Shown piece after piece: positions 19,928-29,711 of a stretch of DNA of 64,000 bases. Both the position numbers and the translations under genes were made by a program. Under the pieces are notes generated by a model, which was given only the letters and a program-made list of their open reading frames with translations, did not search any database and was not told the DNA's origin. This stretch comes from Roseomonas sp. (lineage in GTDB: Bacteria; Pseudomonadota; Alphaproteobacteria; Acetobacterales; Acetobacteraceae). The stretch lies in NCBI GenBank assembly GCA_041906015.1, contig JAYRJZ010000001.1:58150-122149 (forward strand), given 5' to 3'. How positions within the stretch are numbered: the stretch's first letter is position 1; every line of letters begins with the position of its first letter.

Positions 19928-20698
19928 TCACTTCTTCTTCCGCGCCATGAAGCCGCCCAGCATCCGCGTCGGCTCATCCGTGTGCCAGGACGCCGCGAAG
20001 GCCTCGATCCCGGCTTCGATGGCGTGGGTCTGGTGCAGATCCTCCCAGCGCCGGATCAGCGCCTTCTGGCCGCGGATCGCCTGCGGCCCGGCTTCCAGCA
20101 GCATCTCGACCCAGCTTTCCACGGCCGCGTCCAGGGCAGCGGGCGCCACGACCTTCTCGACCAGGCCCCAATCCTCGGCCTCGGCGGCATCGATCGTCTC
20201 GGCCAGCAGCAACAGGCGGCGCGTGCGGCCCCAGCCGATCAGGCCGGGCAGCAGCGCCGCCTCGACCACCGAGGGGATCCCCACCCGCACCTCGGGCATG
20301 CCGAACTTCGCGATGTCGGCGGCGATGCGCAGGTCGCAGGATGCCGCGATCTCAAGCCCCGCGCCGAGGCACCAGCCATTCACCCGCGCGATCACGGGCA
20401 CCGGGCAGTCGCGCACCGCCTGGCAGCACCCCTGCACCAGCCGGATGAAGGCGGCGCCACCCTTGGGGTCCTCGACCGCGGCCATCACGCCGATATCCGC
20501 CCCGCCGATGAAGGCGCGCGGCCCCGCCCCGGTCAGCACCACGGCACGCAGCGACTCGTCCTCGCCCAGCGCCGCGAAGGTCGCGGCGAAGTCGCGCATC
20601 AGCTCGGGGTTCAGCGTGTTGAGCTTGGCGTCGTGATCCACCGCCACATGCGCGACGCGACCATCATGCGAGCGCCGCACATCCATGCGTCCTGCCAT
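19928..20698 (-). CDS. Enoyl-CoA hydratase/isomerase family protein
   Basis: AFIGGADI, NGWCLGAGLE and FGMPEVRVGIPS. Confidence 0.9.
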   Translation of the reverse strand: MAGRMDVRRSHDGRVAHVAVDHDAKLNTLNPELMRDFAATFAALGEDESLRAVVLTGAGPRAFIGGADIGVMAAVEDPKGGAAFIRLVQGCCQAVRDCPVPVIARVNGWCLGAGLEIAASCDLRIAADIAKFGMPEVRVGIPSVVEAALLPGLIGWGRTRRLLLLAETIDAAEAEDWGLVEKVVAPAALDAAVESWVEMLLEAGPQAIRGQKALIRRWEDLHQTHAIEAGIEAFAASWHTDEPTRMLGGFMARKKK

Positions 20699-20765
20699 AC
20701 CGTTTCCTCCTTCGGGCGGCGCATGCTGCGCGCAGCGCGGCGCGACGGAAAGAGGGCGGACCGCC

Positions 20766-20975
20766 TCACCGCCGCCAGCAGGGCTTGCGCGCCTCGTGCC
20801 AGGCCTCCTCGGCGGTCGCGCCGATGTCGCGCAGCAGGCGCGGTTCCAGCGTGGCAAGGCGCGCCCGCTGCCGCCGCCGCTCCAGCGCCGCGGCGAGGGC
20901 GGCAAGCACATCCGGCAGCACGCCGGCGCGGCGCCGCCGCGCCATCCCGATCCAGGTTCCGCTCCGTGTGGTCAT
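20766..20975 (-). CDS. DUF1127 small Arg-rich protein
   Basis: RRRQRARLATLEPRLLRDIG....EARKPCWR matches the DUF1127 pattern. GAGG RBS. Confidence 0.82.
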   Translation of the reverse strand: MTTRSGTWIGMARRRRAGVLPDVLAALAAALERRRQRARLATLEPRLLRDIGATAEEAWHEARKPCWRR

Positions 20976-21050
20976 CCTGCGCTCCTCGTGTCAGCGGCAG
21001 GATGGCGTGGTCGCGCCCGCCGATGGTGCGGGCGCGGCCGAAGCGTGGCG

Positions 21051-22262
21051 TCATCGCGGCGTGGCGAAGCCCGCCATGCGCGCATAGCCGCCGGCGATGG
21101 CGGCGAGTTCCTCGGTCGCGATGACATCCTCGATGCGCGCGAAGCCATCCGGGGCACGTTCGGAGACGACATCGACCACGCGCTCCGGCCCGCCCTTGCG
21201 ATTGCTGCGGACGATCTCGGCGGTCTTCGGCAGGCGTTCGGCCTCATAGGCCGCGAGGGCGGCGACGGCATCGCCCCCGGCCAGCAGCGCGGCGAGGCAG
21301 CGCGCATCCAGCACCGCCTGCGACGCGCCATTGGAGCCCACCGGGTACATCGGATGCGCCGCATCCCCGAGCAGGCTCACCCGCCCCTGCGTCCAGAACG
21401 GCAACGGATCGCGGTCGCACATCGGGTATTCCCAGAATTCCGGCGTGGCTCGGACCAGGGCCTCGACGTCCAGGAAGGAGATGCGGAAACGCGCGACATG
21501 GGGCAGCACCTCGTCCAGCCTGCCCGGGCGCGACCAGTCCTCGCGCCGCGGCGGCGGCCGGGTCGGGTCGCCGATCTGCGCGCAAACGACCCAGTTGGTC
21601 AGGCGCCTGCCCGGCGTGGCGCCCGCCGCGATGGGGTAGAGGACGAGTTTCTCCGTCATGTCGCCGGCAACGATCATCGTGTCGCCGCCCTCGAATTCCG
21701 GCCAGTCGATCGCGCCGCGCCACATCTGGATGCCATTCCAGCGGATGCCGCCGTCATCGGGGTGCAGCGTGGCGCGCAGGACCGAATGGATGCCATCCGC
21801 GCCGATCAGCACGTCGCCGCGCGCGCTGCGGCCATCGGCGAAGGTCGCGGTGACGCCCGTCCCGTCCTGGCTGAAGCCGGCGAGGCGCGCGCCGGTGACA
21901 AGGGCCCGGGCGCCGAGCCGTTCTTGGGCCGCATGCCACAGCACCTCGTGCAGATGGCCGCGATGGATGGAGAATTGCGGGACGTCGTGGCCGGCCCAGG
22001 TGCCGCGCGGTTCGACCCAGATCTGCTGACCGAAGCGGTTGAGGTAGCGCAGTTCCCGCGTGCGCACGGCCACCGCGTCGAGCGCCGGCAGCAACCCCAG
22101 CGCGGCGAGTTCCCGGATCGCATGCGGCAGGGTGTTGATGCCCACGCCGAGGGGGCGGATCTGCTCGGCGGCCTCGAAGACCGTGCAGGGGATGCCACGC
22201 TCCTGCAACGAGAGGGCCAGGGTCAGCCCACCCACGCCGCCGCCCGCGATCAGAACCTGCAT
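21051..22262 (-). CDS. FAD-dependent aromatic monooxygenase family protein
   Basis: GGGVGG Rossmann motif, GADGIHS and LGDAAHPMYPVGSNG. Confidence 0.92.
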   Translation of the reverse strand: MQVLIAGGGVGGLTLALSLQERGIPCTVFEAAEQIRPLGVGINTLPHAIRELAALGLLPALDAVAVRTRELRYLNRFGQQIWVEPRGTWAGHDVPQFSIHRGHLHEVLWHAAQERLGARALVTGARLAGFSQDGTGVTATFADGRSARGDVLIGADGIHSVLRATLHPDDGGIRWNGIQMWRGAIDWPEFEGGDTMIVAGDMTEKLVLYPIAAGATPGRRLTNWVVCAQIGDPTRPPPRREDWSRPGRLDEVLPHVARFRISFLDVEALVRATPEFWEYPMCDRDPLPFWTQGRVSLLGDAAHPMYPVGSNGASQAVLDARCLAALLAGGDAVAALAAYEAERLPKTAEIVRSNRKGGPERVVDVVSERAPDGFARIEDVIATEELAAIAGGYARMAGFATPR

Positions 22263-22559
22263 GCCACCCTCCGACTGTCCGGGGACATCCCTCGCCCCGG
22301 TGCTGCGCGGTATCATGCGACGCGGGTGACGCCCAGGCCGGCGGCGCGACGTCGCGGTCCGAGGGCGGCGCCGCTTGGCAGTCGATATCGCCGGAGCATG
22401 AAACAACCGGCCCCATGCCCGCGCCAGGCCGCAGGAGGGCAGCGCATCGGAGCCATGCCACGGGTCATGCGATCAGCGGGCCTGCCGCGGCTGCGTGCCC
22501 TCACCGCCTGCGGCGAGGCGGCGCCCTCGGGCGACCGGCCGGGGCCCGGCCCGGCGGCG

Positions 22560-22667
22560 TTAAAGGGACCCCGATCCGGCGGGATCACCTGATCGGCCAA
22601 AAATTCTTTCGAAAACAAGTTATTAGCTCGTGGCTCCAAGAACCAAGGCGAACGGGAACGGCTCTAG
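22560..22667 (-). repeat. RIME/Bru-RS-like intergenic mosaic element
   Basis: Minus strand reads CTAGAGCCGTTCCCGTTCGCCTTGG..., then AT-rich TAACTTGTTTTCGAAAGAATTTTT, then CCGATCAGGTGATCCCGCCGGATCGG...CTTTAA. The first arm matches 33515-33541. Confidence 0.65.
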
Positions 22668-22849
22668 CCTGGCTTGGCCGGCGGGGGCGCGGGCGCCTCC
22701 TCCTCGGGCCAGGCGGTGCGTGCCTTGGCGCGCCGGCGGACGGCGCAAGCCCCGGCCGCTGCCCCCACCAGGGCCGCCCCCGTCAATGCTGCCGTCGCGG
22801 TCATCAAGGCGAGGCCCGCGAGGCTGATCCCGGCGATGCGCAGCAACAT
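22664..22849 (-). CDS. Small hypothetical membrane protein (61 aa)
   Basis: AAGGAG RBS upstream. MLLRIAGISLAGLALM... is hydrophobic, followed by a basic, Pro-rich tail. Confidence 0.55.
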   Translation of the reverse strand: MLLRIAGISLAGLALMTATAALTGAALVGAAAGACAVRRRAKARTAWPEEEAPAPPPAKPG

Positions 22850-22988
22850 GCGAAGCTCCTTACTCTCATCACGCGAGCATGACCGGCCCCGGCAAACGCC
22901 GCGCTGGCATTCCCGCGCGACCTGACGATAGCCTCCCGCCGCGGCGCCGCCCACCGGCATGACGGCGACCGCGAGGGAGAAACGATCC

Positions 22989-23975
22989 ATGACCATCAAC
23001 CGTCGCGCCCTGCTGGGCGCCGGGATCTCGGCTGCGGCCCTGCCGCTGTTCCGTGCCGAGGCTGCTGCGCCGATGATCGGCCGCGGCGCGCCCGCCTGGT
23101 ACCGCTTCAAGTTCGGTGACTACGAGGCAACCGTCGTGTCCGATGGCGCCCTGCCCCTTGGCAAGGCTGAGGATTCCTTCGTCGGCGCGCGGCCCGGCGA
23201 GATCAACGCCATGATGCGGGCGAACTTCCTCGACCCCGCGAATGCGCTGCTGGAGCAGAACGCGCTGATCCTGAACACCGGCCGCCAGCTCATCCTGTTC
23301 GACACCGGCATGGGCGACAGCATGGGCGCCGACAGCCAGATGTTCGGCCCCACCACCGGAAGGCTGATCCGCAACATGCGCGCGGCCGGGATCGAGCCGT
23401 CGCAGATCGACCTGGTGATCCTGTCCCACGCCCATTGCGACCACTGCTGGGCGCTGGTGGACGCGAACGGGAACCGCAACTTCCCCAACGCCCAGGTCGC
23501 GGTGTCCGAAGCCGATCTGAAGTATTGGACCGATGAGGGCAATATCCGCGGCCCGGCCTTCATGGGCCCCTTCATCCGTGGGGCGACCAAGAACCTCAGC
23601 GCCTATCGCGACCGCATGATGATGGTGCAGGACGGGCGGGAGGTCGTGCCGGGCATTACCGCCGTCTCGGCCCCGGGGCATACGGTCGGCCACACCATCT
23701 ACGCCATCACCCAGGGCAACAACACGATGGTCTATACGGGCGACCTCGCCCATCACCAGATCCTGCTGCTGCGCCGGCCGCTGCTCGAATTCTCCTTCGA
23801 CACGGATCCCAAGCAATCGGCCCAGACGCGGGCCCGGGCGCTGGAGCGCTTCGCCACCGACCAGACCATGCTGCTGTCGTACCACTTCCCCTGGCCCGGG
23901 CTCGGCCGCGTGTCGAAGGAAGGCGAGGGCTATGCCTGGATGCCCGCGCCGATGGACGTGACCAGCCTCGGTTGA
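22989..23975 (+). CDS. Tat-exported metallo-beta-lactamase-fold hydrolase
   Basis: NRRALL signal; LFDTG, SHAHCDH, PGHTVGH, GDL and YHFPWPG motifs. Confidence 0.92.
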   Translation: MTINRRALLGAGISAAALPLFRAEAAAPMIGRGAPAWYRFKFGDYEATVVSDGALPLGKAEDSFVGARPGEINAMMRANFLDPANALLEQNALILNTGRQLILFDTGMGDSMGADSQMFGPTTGRLIRNMRAAGIEPSQIDLVILSHAHCDHCWALVDANGNRNFPNAQVAVSEADLKYWTDEGNIRGPAFMGPFIRGATKNLSAYRDRMMMVQDGREVVPGITAVSAPGHTVGHTIYAITQGNNTMVYTGDLAHHQILLLRRPLLEFSFDTDPKQSAQTRARALERFATDQTMLLSYHFPWPGLGRVSKEGEGYAWMPAPMDVTSLG

Positions 23976-24253
23976 GCCCGACTTCGGGGCGGCGCCGCTC
24001 GGCGCGGCCCCGGATGGGCACCGGCCTGCTGCCGCCCACCTGGCGATGAGATGTTCCGCAGGTGGCGGGGACCGGGGGCGCAGGCCGGTGCCGGCATCAC
24101 GCTACGACCGTCATGGCCCCCGGCCGGGTGGGGCCATGGCCTTTCGCGGCCGTGCGGGCTTGCCGCCCTTGTCGCGGCGGTGCAATTTCCGCCCGCATCA
24201 GCCGCCCTTCCCGGGGCGTGACCCGCATCCGTTTGCCCCGCAGAGGACAGCTC

Positions 24254-25468
24254 ATGGCCAAGATCAAGGTGAAGAACCCCGTCGTCGAGATGGACGGGGA
24301 CGAGATGACCCGCATCATCTGGGGGTTCATCAAGGACAAGCTGATCCTCCCCTATCTCGACATCGACCTGAAGTACTACGACCTCGGCATCGAGAGCCGC
24401 GACGCGACCGACGACCAGATCACCGTCGATTCCGCGAACGCCACCAAGAAGTATGGCGTGGCCGTGAAGTGCGCGACCATCACGCCGGACGAGGCCCGCG
24501 TGAAGGAATTCAGCCTCAAGAAGATGTGGAAGTCGCCCAACGGCACGATCCGCAACATCCTCGACGGCACCATCTTCCGTGAGCCGATCATCTGCCAGAA
24601 CGTGCCGCGCCTGGTGCCGCACTGGTCGAAGCCGATCGTCGTCGGCCGTCATGCCTATGGCGACATCTACCGCTCGGTCGAGATGAAGGTCCCGGGCGCC
24701 GGCACGGTGAAGATGACCTACACGCCCGAAGGCGGCGCCCCGCAGGAGATCGGCGAGTTCCCCTTCCCCGCCACCGGCGGCGTGGCGATGATGATCCACA
24801 ACCTGAACAAGTCGATCGAGGGCTTCGCCCGCGCCTCCTTCAACTACGGGCTGGCGCGCAACTTCTCCGTCTACTTCAGCCACAAGAACACGATCCTCAA
24901 GGCCTATGACGGGTCCTTCAAGGACATCTTCCGCGCCATCTACGACGCCGAGTTCAAGGCGGAATACGAGAAGCGCGGCCTGACCTACGAGGACCGCCTG
25001 ATCGACGACATGGTGGCCTCGGCGCTGAAGTGGGAAGGCGGCTACATCTGGGCCTGCAAGAACTACGACGGCGACGTGCAGTCCGACATCGTGGCGCAGG
25101 GCTTCGGCTCGCTCGGCCTGATGACCTCGGTGCTGCTCTCCCCGGATGGGCAGACGGTGGAGTCGGAAGCCGCGCACGGCACGGTGACGCGCCACTACCG
25201 CGAGCACCAGAAGGGCCGCGAGACCTCGACCAACCCGATCGCCTCGATCTTCGCCTGGACCCGCGGCCTCGCCTATCGCGGCAAGTTCGACGGTACGCAG
25301 GACGTGGTGGACTTCGCCAACACGCTCGAGAAGGTCTGCGTCGAGACGGTCGAGAGCGGCTTCATGACCAAGGACCTCGCCATCCTGATCGGCAAGGACC
25401 AGCCCTGGCTGAACACCCAGGCCTTCCTCGCCAAGATCGACGAGAACCTGCAGAAGGCGATGGCCTGA
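24254..25468 (+). CDS. icd: NADP-dependent isocitrate dehydrogenase
   Basis: [30 protein letters not shown] and [11 protein letters not shown]. Confidence 0.98.
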   Translation: MAKIKVKNPVVEMDGDEMTRIIWGFIKDKLILPYLDIDLKYYDLGIESRDATDDQITVDSANATKKYGVAVKCATITPDEARVKEFSLKKMWKSPNGTIRNILDGTIFREPIICQNVPRLVPHWSKPIVVGRHAYGDIYRSVEMKVPGAGTVKMTYTPEGGAPQEIGEFPFPATGGVAMMIHNLNKSIEGFARASFNYGLARNFSVYFSHKNTILKAYDGSFKDIFRAIYDAEFKAEYEKRGLTYEDRLIDDMVASALKWEGGYIWACKNYDGDVQSDIVAQGFGSLGLMTSVLLSPDGQTVESEAAHGTVTRHYREHQKGRETSTNPIASIFAWTRGLAYRGKFDGTQDVVDFANTLEKVCVETVESGFMTKDLAILIGKDQPWLNTQAFLAKIDENLQKAMA

Positions 25469-25507
25469 GCCACGCCGAGTGGGCCCGGAACCTGCTTCCG
25501 GGCCCCC

Positions 25508-26383
25508 TCACCCGCCTTCGGCGGCCACCTCCAGCCACGCCTTCGCGGCATGGGAGAGATAGGCCCCGCGCCGCCAGATCATGGCGATTTCCCAGTCGAT
25601 CGCCGGTTCTTCCAGCAGCAGCCGCGCGACACCCGGATGCCCCCGATCCTCGGCGATCAGGCGCGGCAGGAAGGCCACGCCCAAGCCTGAGGCCGCCAGT
25701 TCCACGATGAAGTCGATCTGGCTGCTGCGCGCGGCGATGGCCGGCTCGAATCCGCACCCCCGGCAGGCATCGCGGATGATGCGGTTCAGCGCGAAGCCAC
25801 TCTCGAACAGGATGAAAGGCTCGTCCCGCAAGGCGCCGAGCCCGATGTGCCCCGGCCCCGCCAGCGCGTGGCCGCGCGGCAGCAGTGCCATCAGCGGCTC
25901 GCGCCGCACTGCCTGCCACTCGAATTCCTCCGGCACCGGCAGCAGCGAGGCGGCGAGGTCGATCTCGCCGGCGCGCAACACCTCCTCCAGCCGGTCGCTG
26001 CCGTGTTCCACCAGGCGCACCTCGATGCCCGGATAGCGGCGGCGATAAGCGGCAAAGATCGGCGCAAAGATGGTGGAACTGCCGATCGGCGGCAGGCCGA
26101 GCCGCAGCACGCCGCGCTGCAACCCGCGGATTTCGGCGATCTCGGCCAGCAGATCATCGCGTTCGGCGAGCAGCCGCAGCGCCCGGCGATACACCGCCTC
26201 CCCCGCCGCGGTCAGCGTGCTGCGATGCCCGATGCGGTCGAGCAAGGGCACGCCGATCTCCTCCTCAAGCTGTTTCACCGCCTTGCTGACCGCCGATTGC
26301 GTGGTGAAGACCACCTTGGCGGCGGGGGAGAAGCCGCCCTGGCGGACGACTTCGACGAAGGCGCGAAGCGTACGGAATTCCAT
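25508..26383 (-). CDS. LysR family regulator (CidR-like)
   Basis: N-terminal HTH FSPAAKVVFTTQSAVSKAVKQLEEE; divergent from cidA-lrgB. Confidence 0.93.
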   Translation of the reverse strand: MEFRTLRAFVEVVRQGGFSPAAKVVFTTQSAVSKAVKQLEEEIGVPLLDRIGHRSTLTAAGEAVYRRALRLLAERDDLLAEIAEIRGLQRGVLRLGLPPIGSSTIFAPIFAAYRRRYPGIEVRLVEHGSDRLEEVLRAGEIDLAASLLPVPEEFEWQAVRREPLMALLPRGHALAGPGHIGLGALRDEPFILFESGFALNRIIRDACRGCGFEPAIAARSSQIDFIVELAASGLGVAFLPRLIAEDRGHPGVARLLLEEPAIDWEIAMIWRRGAYLSHAAKAWLEVAAEGG

Positions 26384-26387
26384 CAAC

Positions 26388-26414
26388 ATTCCATAGCGGA
26401 CTGAAATTCAGTCC
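26388..26414. promoter_or_regulatory. Putative LysR operator
   Basis: ATTCC-N5-GGACT overlapping the perfect palindrome GGACTGAA-A-TTCAGTCC, between divergent genes. Confidence 0.5.
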
Positions 26415-26473
26415 AACAAGTCGCTTTGGATATGCTGCGCTGCGACATAGATTCCCGGGTGGAGACCGATCCC

Positions 26474-26896
26474 ATGCCCTTCCCGGCCCTCACCGTCCCA
26501 CTGCGTCGCGGCCTGCATCGCAGCCGCCTCGCCCAGATCGCCATCATCATCGGCTTCTGGCTGGCGGGGGAGGCGGTGGTGCGCCTGACCGGGATCGCCC
26601 TGCCCGGCGGCATCGTGGGCCTGGCACTGGCCATCGCGCTGCTGGCTTCCGGGCTGGTACGGCTGCCCAGCCTGCGGCGCGGATCGGACTGGTTCCTCGC
26701 GCAGATGCTGTTGTTCTTCGTCCCGGCCGTGCCGGCGGTGATGGAGCACCACGAACTGTTCGGCCTGGTCGGGTTGAAGGTCCTCGCCGTCATCCTGGCC
26801 GGCACGGCCGCGGTCATGGGCAGCACGGCGTTGACGGTGGAGCTGTTCCACCGGCGGTCGGTCCGGCAGGCGCAGGGCCATGCCCCTACGGCTTGA
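26474..26896 (+). CDS. CidA/LrgA family membrane protein
   Basis: LPGGIVGL and MLLFFVPA motifs. Confidence 0.9.
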   Translation: MPFPALTVPLRRGLHRSRLAQIAIIIGFWLAGEAVVRLTGIALPGGIVGLALAIALLASGLVRLPSLRRGSDWFLAQMLLFFVPAVPAVMEHHELFGLVGLKVLAVILAGTAAVMGSTALTVELFHRRSVRQAQGHAPTA

Positions 26897-27581
26897 TACC
26901 GCCGGCGCCGCGCTGCTGTGGTCCGCGGCGACCATCGGCTTCTACATACTTACCCGCGCACTGCATCGGCGCTGGCCGCGCTGGTGGCTGATGCCGCTGG
27001 GCCTCGCCCCGGCCCTCATCATCCTGCTCGTCGTCGCACTGCATGCCAGCTACCGCGACTACATCCGCGGCGCGGGCTGGCTGCTGGCCATGCTGGGGCC
27101 CGTCACCGTCGCCTTCGCCGTGCCCATCTGGGAACAACGGGCGCTGATCCGGCGCCACTGGCCCGTGCTGCTCGCCGGCATGGTGGCGGGCAGCGCCACG
27201 GCCATTCTGACGGGCTGGCTGCTGTCGAGCCTGCTTGGCCTCGATGGGGTGCTGCGGCTCAGCCTGCTGCCGCGGTCCATCAGCACGCCCTTCGCGATGG
27301 AGGTATCCCAGGATATCGGCGGCACGCCGGACCTGACGGCGATCTTCGTCGTCATCACCGGGCTGCTGGGCGCGGCGATCGGGGATGGCATGCTGTCCTG
27401 GCTGCCGATCCGCTCGGCCATGGCGCGCGGGGCGCTGTTCGGCATGGCGGCGCATGGGATGGGCACCGCGAAGGCCCATGCCATGGGCCGCGAGGAAGGC
27501 ACCATCGCCGGGCTGGTGATGGTGCTGGTGGGGTTGCTCAATGTGCTGGTGGCACCGCTCCTCGCGCACCTCCTCGGCTGA
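26880..27581 (+). CDS. LrgB/CidB family membrane protein
   Basis: LGPVTVAFAVP, PRSISTPFA and AHGMGTAKA. Confidence 0.92.
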   Translation: MPLRLDTAGAALLWSAATIGFYILTRALHRRWPRWWLMPLGLAPALIILLVVALHASYRDYIRGAGWLLAMLGPVTVAFAVPIWEQRALIRRHWPVLLAGMVAGSATAILTGWLLSSLLGLDGVLRLSLLPRSISTPFAMEVSQDIGGTPDLTAIFVVITGLLGAAIGDGMLSWLPIRSAMARGALFGMAAHGMGTAKAHAMGREEGTIAGLVMVLVGLLNVLVAPLLAHLLG

Positions 27582-27688
27582 GGCGCGACAGCGCTGACCG
27601 ATCGACGGGGCACCGGCCCCGCCCCGAGTTGCGCAAAATGCCATTCGCAGGCAGAGCCGTTCCCGCCCGCATCCTTCCTGAGGCCCCG

Positions 27689-28411
27689 ATGACCCAGCAC
27701 CCCACCCGCGTCGCCCTGATCACCGGCGCTTCCCGTGGCATCGGCGCCGCCGTCGCGGTGGAACTCGGCCGCCGTGGCGTTCATTGCGTGCTGGTTGCCC
27801 GCGTCCAGGGCGGGCTGGAGGAGACCGACGACGCCATCCGCGCCGCGGGCGGCGAGCCCGCGACCCTCCTGGCGCTCGACCTGCAGCGCCGGGCGCAGGA
27901 TATCGACATGCTGGGCCCGTCGATCGTCGCGCGCTTCGGCCGGCTCGACATCCTGGTCCATGCCGCCGGTGTGCTGCCGAAGCTGACCCCGGTCGCGCAT
28001 ATCGAACCGCGCGACATGGAGGAATCCATCGCGGTGAACTACTCGGCCTGTTGGCGGCTGATCCGCACCTGCGACCCGCCGCTGCGCGCCGCCCCGGCCG
28101 GCCGCGCCGTGATCCTGACGGATGCGGTTGCGCGCGCGCCGGCGGCCTATTGGGGCCTCTACGGCGCTGCCAAGGCGGGGATGGAATACCTCGTGCGGAG
28201 CTGGGCCGCCGAGACCGCCGACACCGCGCTACGCGTGAACCTGGCCGATCCGGGCTCGGTCGGAACCCGGCTGCGCGGCATGGCCTTTCCCGGTCAGGAC
28301 CCGGAGGCGCTCCCCCGCCCGGCCGATGTCGCCCCCGCCATCGCCGCGCTGTGCGAGGCGACGGAGACCCGCCACGGCGCCCTAATCCGAGCGCAGGACG
28401 ACGCCCACTGA
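27689..28411 (+). CDS. Short-chain dehydrogenase (YciK-like)
   Basis: TGASRGIG and YWGLYGAAKAG (YxxxK). Confidence 0.88.
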   Translation: MTQHPTRVALITGASRGIGAAVAVELGRRGVHCVLVARVQGGLEETDDAIRAAGGEPATLLALDLQRRAQDIDMLGPSIVARFGRLDILVHAAGVLPKLTPVAHIEPRDMEESIAVNYSACWRLIRTCDPPLRAAPAGRAVILTDAVARAPAAYWGLYGAAKAGMEYLVRSWAAETADTALRVNLADPGSVGTRLRGMAFPGQDPEALPRPADVAPAIAALCEATETRHGALIRAQDDAH

Positions 28412-28951
28412 GGCTCCCGGATCGGGAATGAGGGATCGCGCCGCCGCCTCGGCCGCCGCCGCGCCGGCCTGCGGCGGGGCGGGATAGGGCGGCGCGGGGG
28501 TGATGACCTCGACCGTGCCGGCCGGCGGGCTCGGGGGTGCCGGCGGCGCGGCGGCACGTTCCAGGGCGCGGCCGACGCGTCGCGCCCAGCCGATCCGGTT
28601 GTTCTCCTGCGCCTCGGTCAGGGTCGATGGCCCATCCGCCACGCCCCGATAGGGCGGATAGGCCCGTGGCGGCACGGTCCAGCAATCCACCGCGCCCAGG
28701 CTGCGGGTGCACATGGGTGGTGGGGCCGGCTCCGGGTCCTGGCCGCAATAGGCCTCGCCCCGGCCGATGCGGGCGATGGAACAATCCTCTCCCGTAAAGA
28801 GAGAGACGATCGAATCGCCCGTCGTCCGGCCGAAGGCGCGCAGCGACAGCCCTTCGACCGCGGCCGGGATCGCCAGCAGCGGCGCACCGGGCGCGCCGAT
28901 GGCCTCGCATCCGGCCAGGAACAGCAGAATGGGCAGCAGGAACCGGCGCAT
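28382..28951 (-). CDS. Hypothetical Cys-containing lipoprotein
   Basis: MRRFLLPILLFLAGC lipobox; DCSI, YC and CTRSLGAVDCW segments. Confidence 0.65.
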   Translation of the reverse strand: MRRFLLPILLFLAGCEAIGAPGAPLLAIPAAVEGLSLRAFGRTTGDSIVSLFTGEDCSIARIGRGEAYCGQDPEPAPPPMCTRSLGAVDCWTVPPRAYPPYRGVADGPSTLTEAQENNRIGWARRVGRALERAAAPPAPPSPPAGTVEVITPAPPYPAPPQAGAAAAEAAARSLIPDPGASVGVVLRSD

Positions 28952-29060
28952 CGGCGCAGGAAAACCCGGACGGGCTTAACGCACCGCCAACGGGCGGCTA
29001 TGGTCCGGCCCCTTTTCCAAGGCCGGCCACCGTCGGCCCGCCAGCCAGGGGTGACGCACT

Positions 29061-29711
29061 TTGCCCGACATCTTCGACGAGGTGGAGGAGGATCTCCGCG
29101 CCGAACGCGCCCGCCGCATGTGGCAGCGCTTCGGCACGCCGTTCTTCTTCGCCCTGCTGCTGGCGCTCGCCGGTGTCGGCGGCTGGCGGGGCTGGCAATG
29201 GTACCAGTCGCGCGAGCGCGACACCGCGGCGGCCGCCTTCATGGAAGCGCATCGGGCGACCGAGGCCCAAGGCGCGGATCTCGCCGCCATGGCCACGCGC
29301 TTCCAGGGCCTGGTCGCCGATGCGCCCGAGGGCTACCGCGTCCTCGCCCGGCTGCGCGCCGCGGCGCTGAAGGCAGAGACCGGCGACCGCGACGCCGCCC
29401 TCGCCCTCTATGACCAGGTTGCGAATGACGGATCGGCCGACCCGCTCTATCGCGAATTGGCCTCCCTGATGTGGGTGCTTCGCTCGATGGACACTGCCGA
29501 ACCCGCCGCCCTGCTCGCCCGCCTCGCGCCCCTGGCGCGGCCGGGCCAGCCCTGGAGCGCCTCGGCGCGCGAACTGCAGGGCCTGGTCGAGCTGAAGGCC
29601 GGCCAGCGCGAGGCCGCGAAGCGCACCCTCGAGGCGCTCGCCAATGATGCGAACGCGCCGCAGACCATCCGCGATCGCGCCGGACGCATCGCCTCGGGGC
29701 TCGCTTCCTGA
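29061..29711 (+). CDS. YfgM-like TPR membrane protein
   Basis: DIFDEVEEDLRAER followed by a TM helix; conserved position before bamB-der. Confidence 0.88.
   Translation: MPDIFDEVEEDLRAERARRMWQRFGTPFFFALLLALAGVGGWRGWQWYQSRERDTAAAAFMEAHRATEAQGADLAAMATRFQGLVADAPEGYRVLARLRAAALKAETGDRDAALALYDQVANDGSADPLYRELASLMWVLRSMDTAEPAALLARLAPLARPGQPWSASARELQGLVELKAGQREAAKRTLEALANDANAPQTIRDRAGRIASGLAS

Noticed and set aside
20699-20765. CcsR/cuckoo sRNA repeats downstream of the DUF1127 gene
   Set aside because: No CCTCCTCCC motifs; the gap is short and holds the RBS of the next gene.
22597-22627. AT-rich patch as a promoter or foreign DNA
   Set aside because: Better explained as the central core of the RIME/Bru-RS-like element.
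26474-27581. cidA/lrgB as phage holin genes
   Set aside because: Standard chromosomal lysR-cidA-lrgB module with no phage genes in the window.
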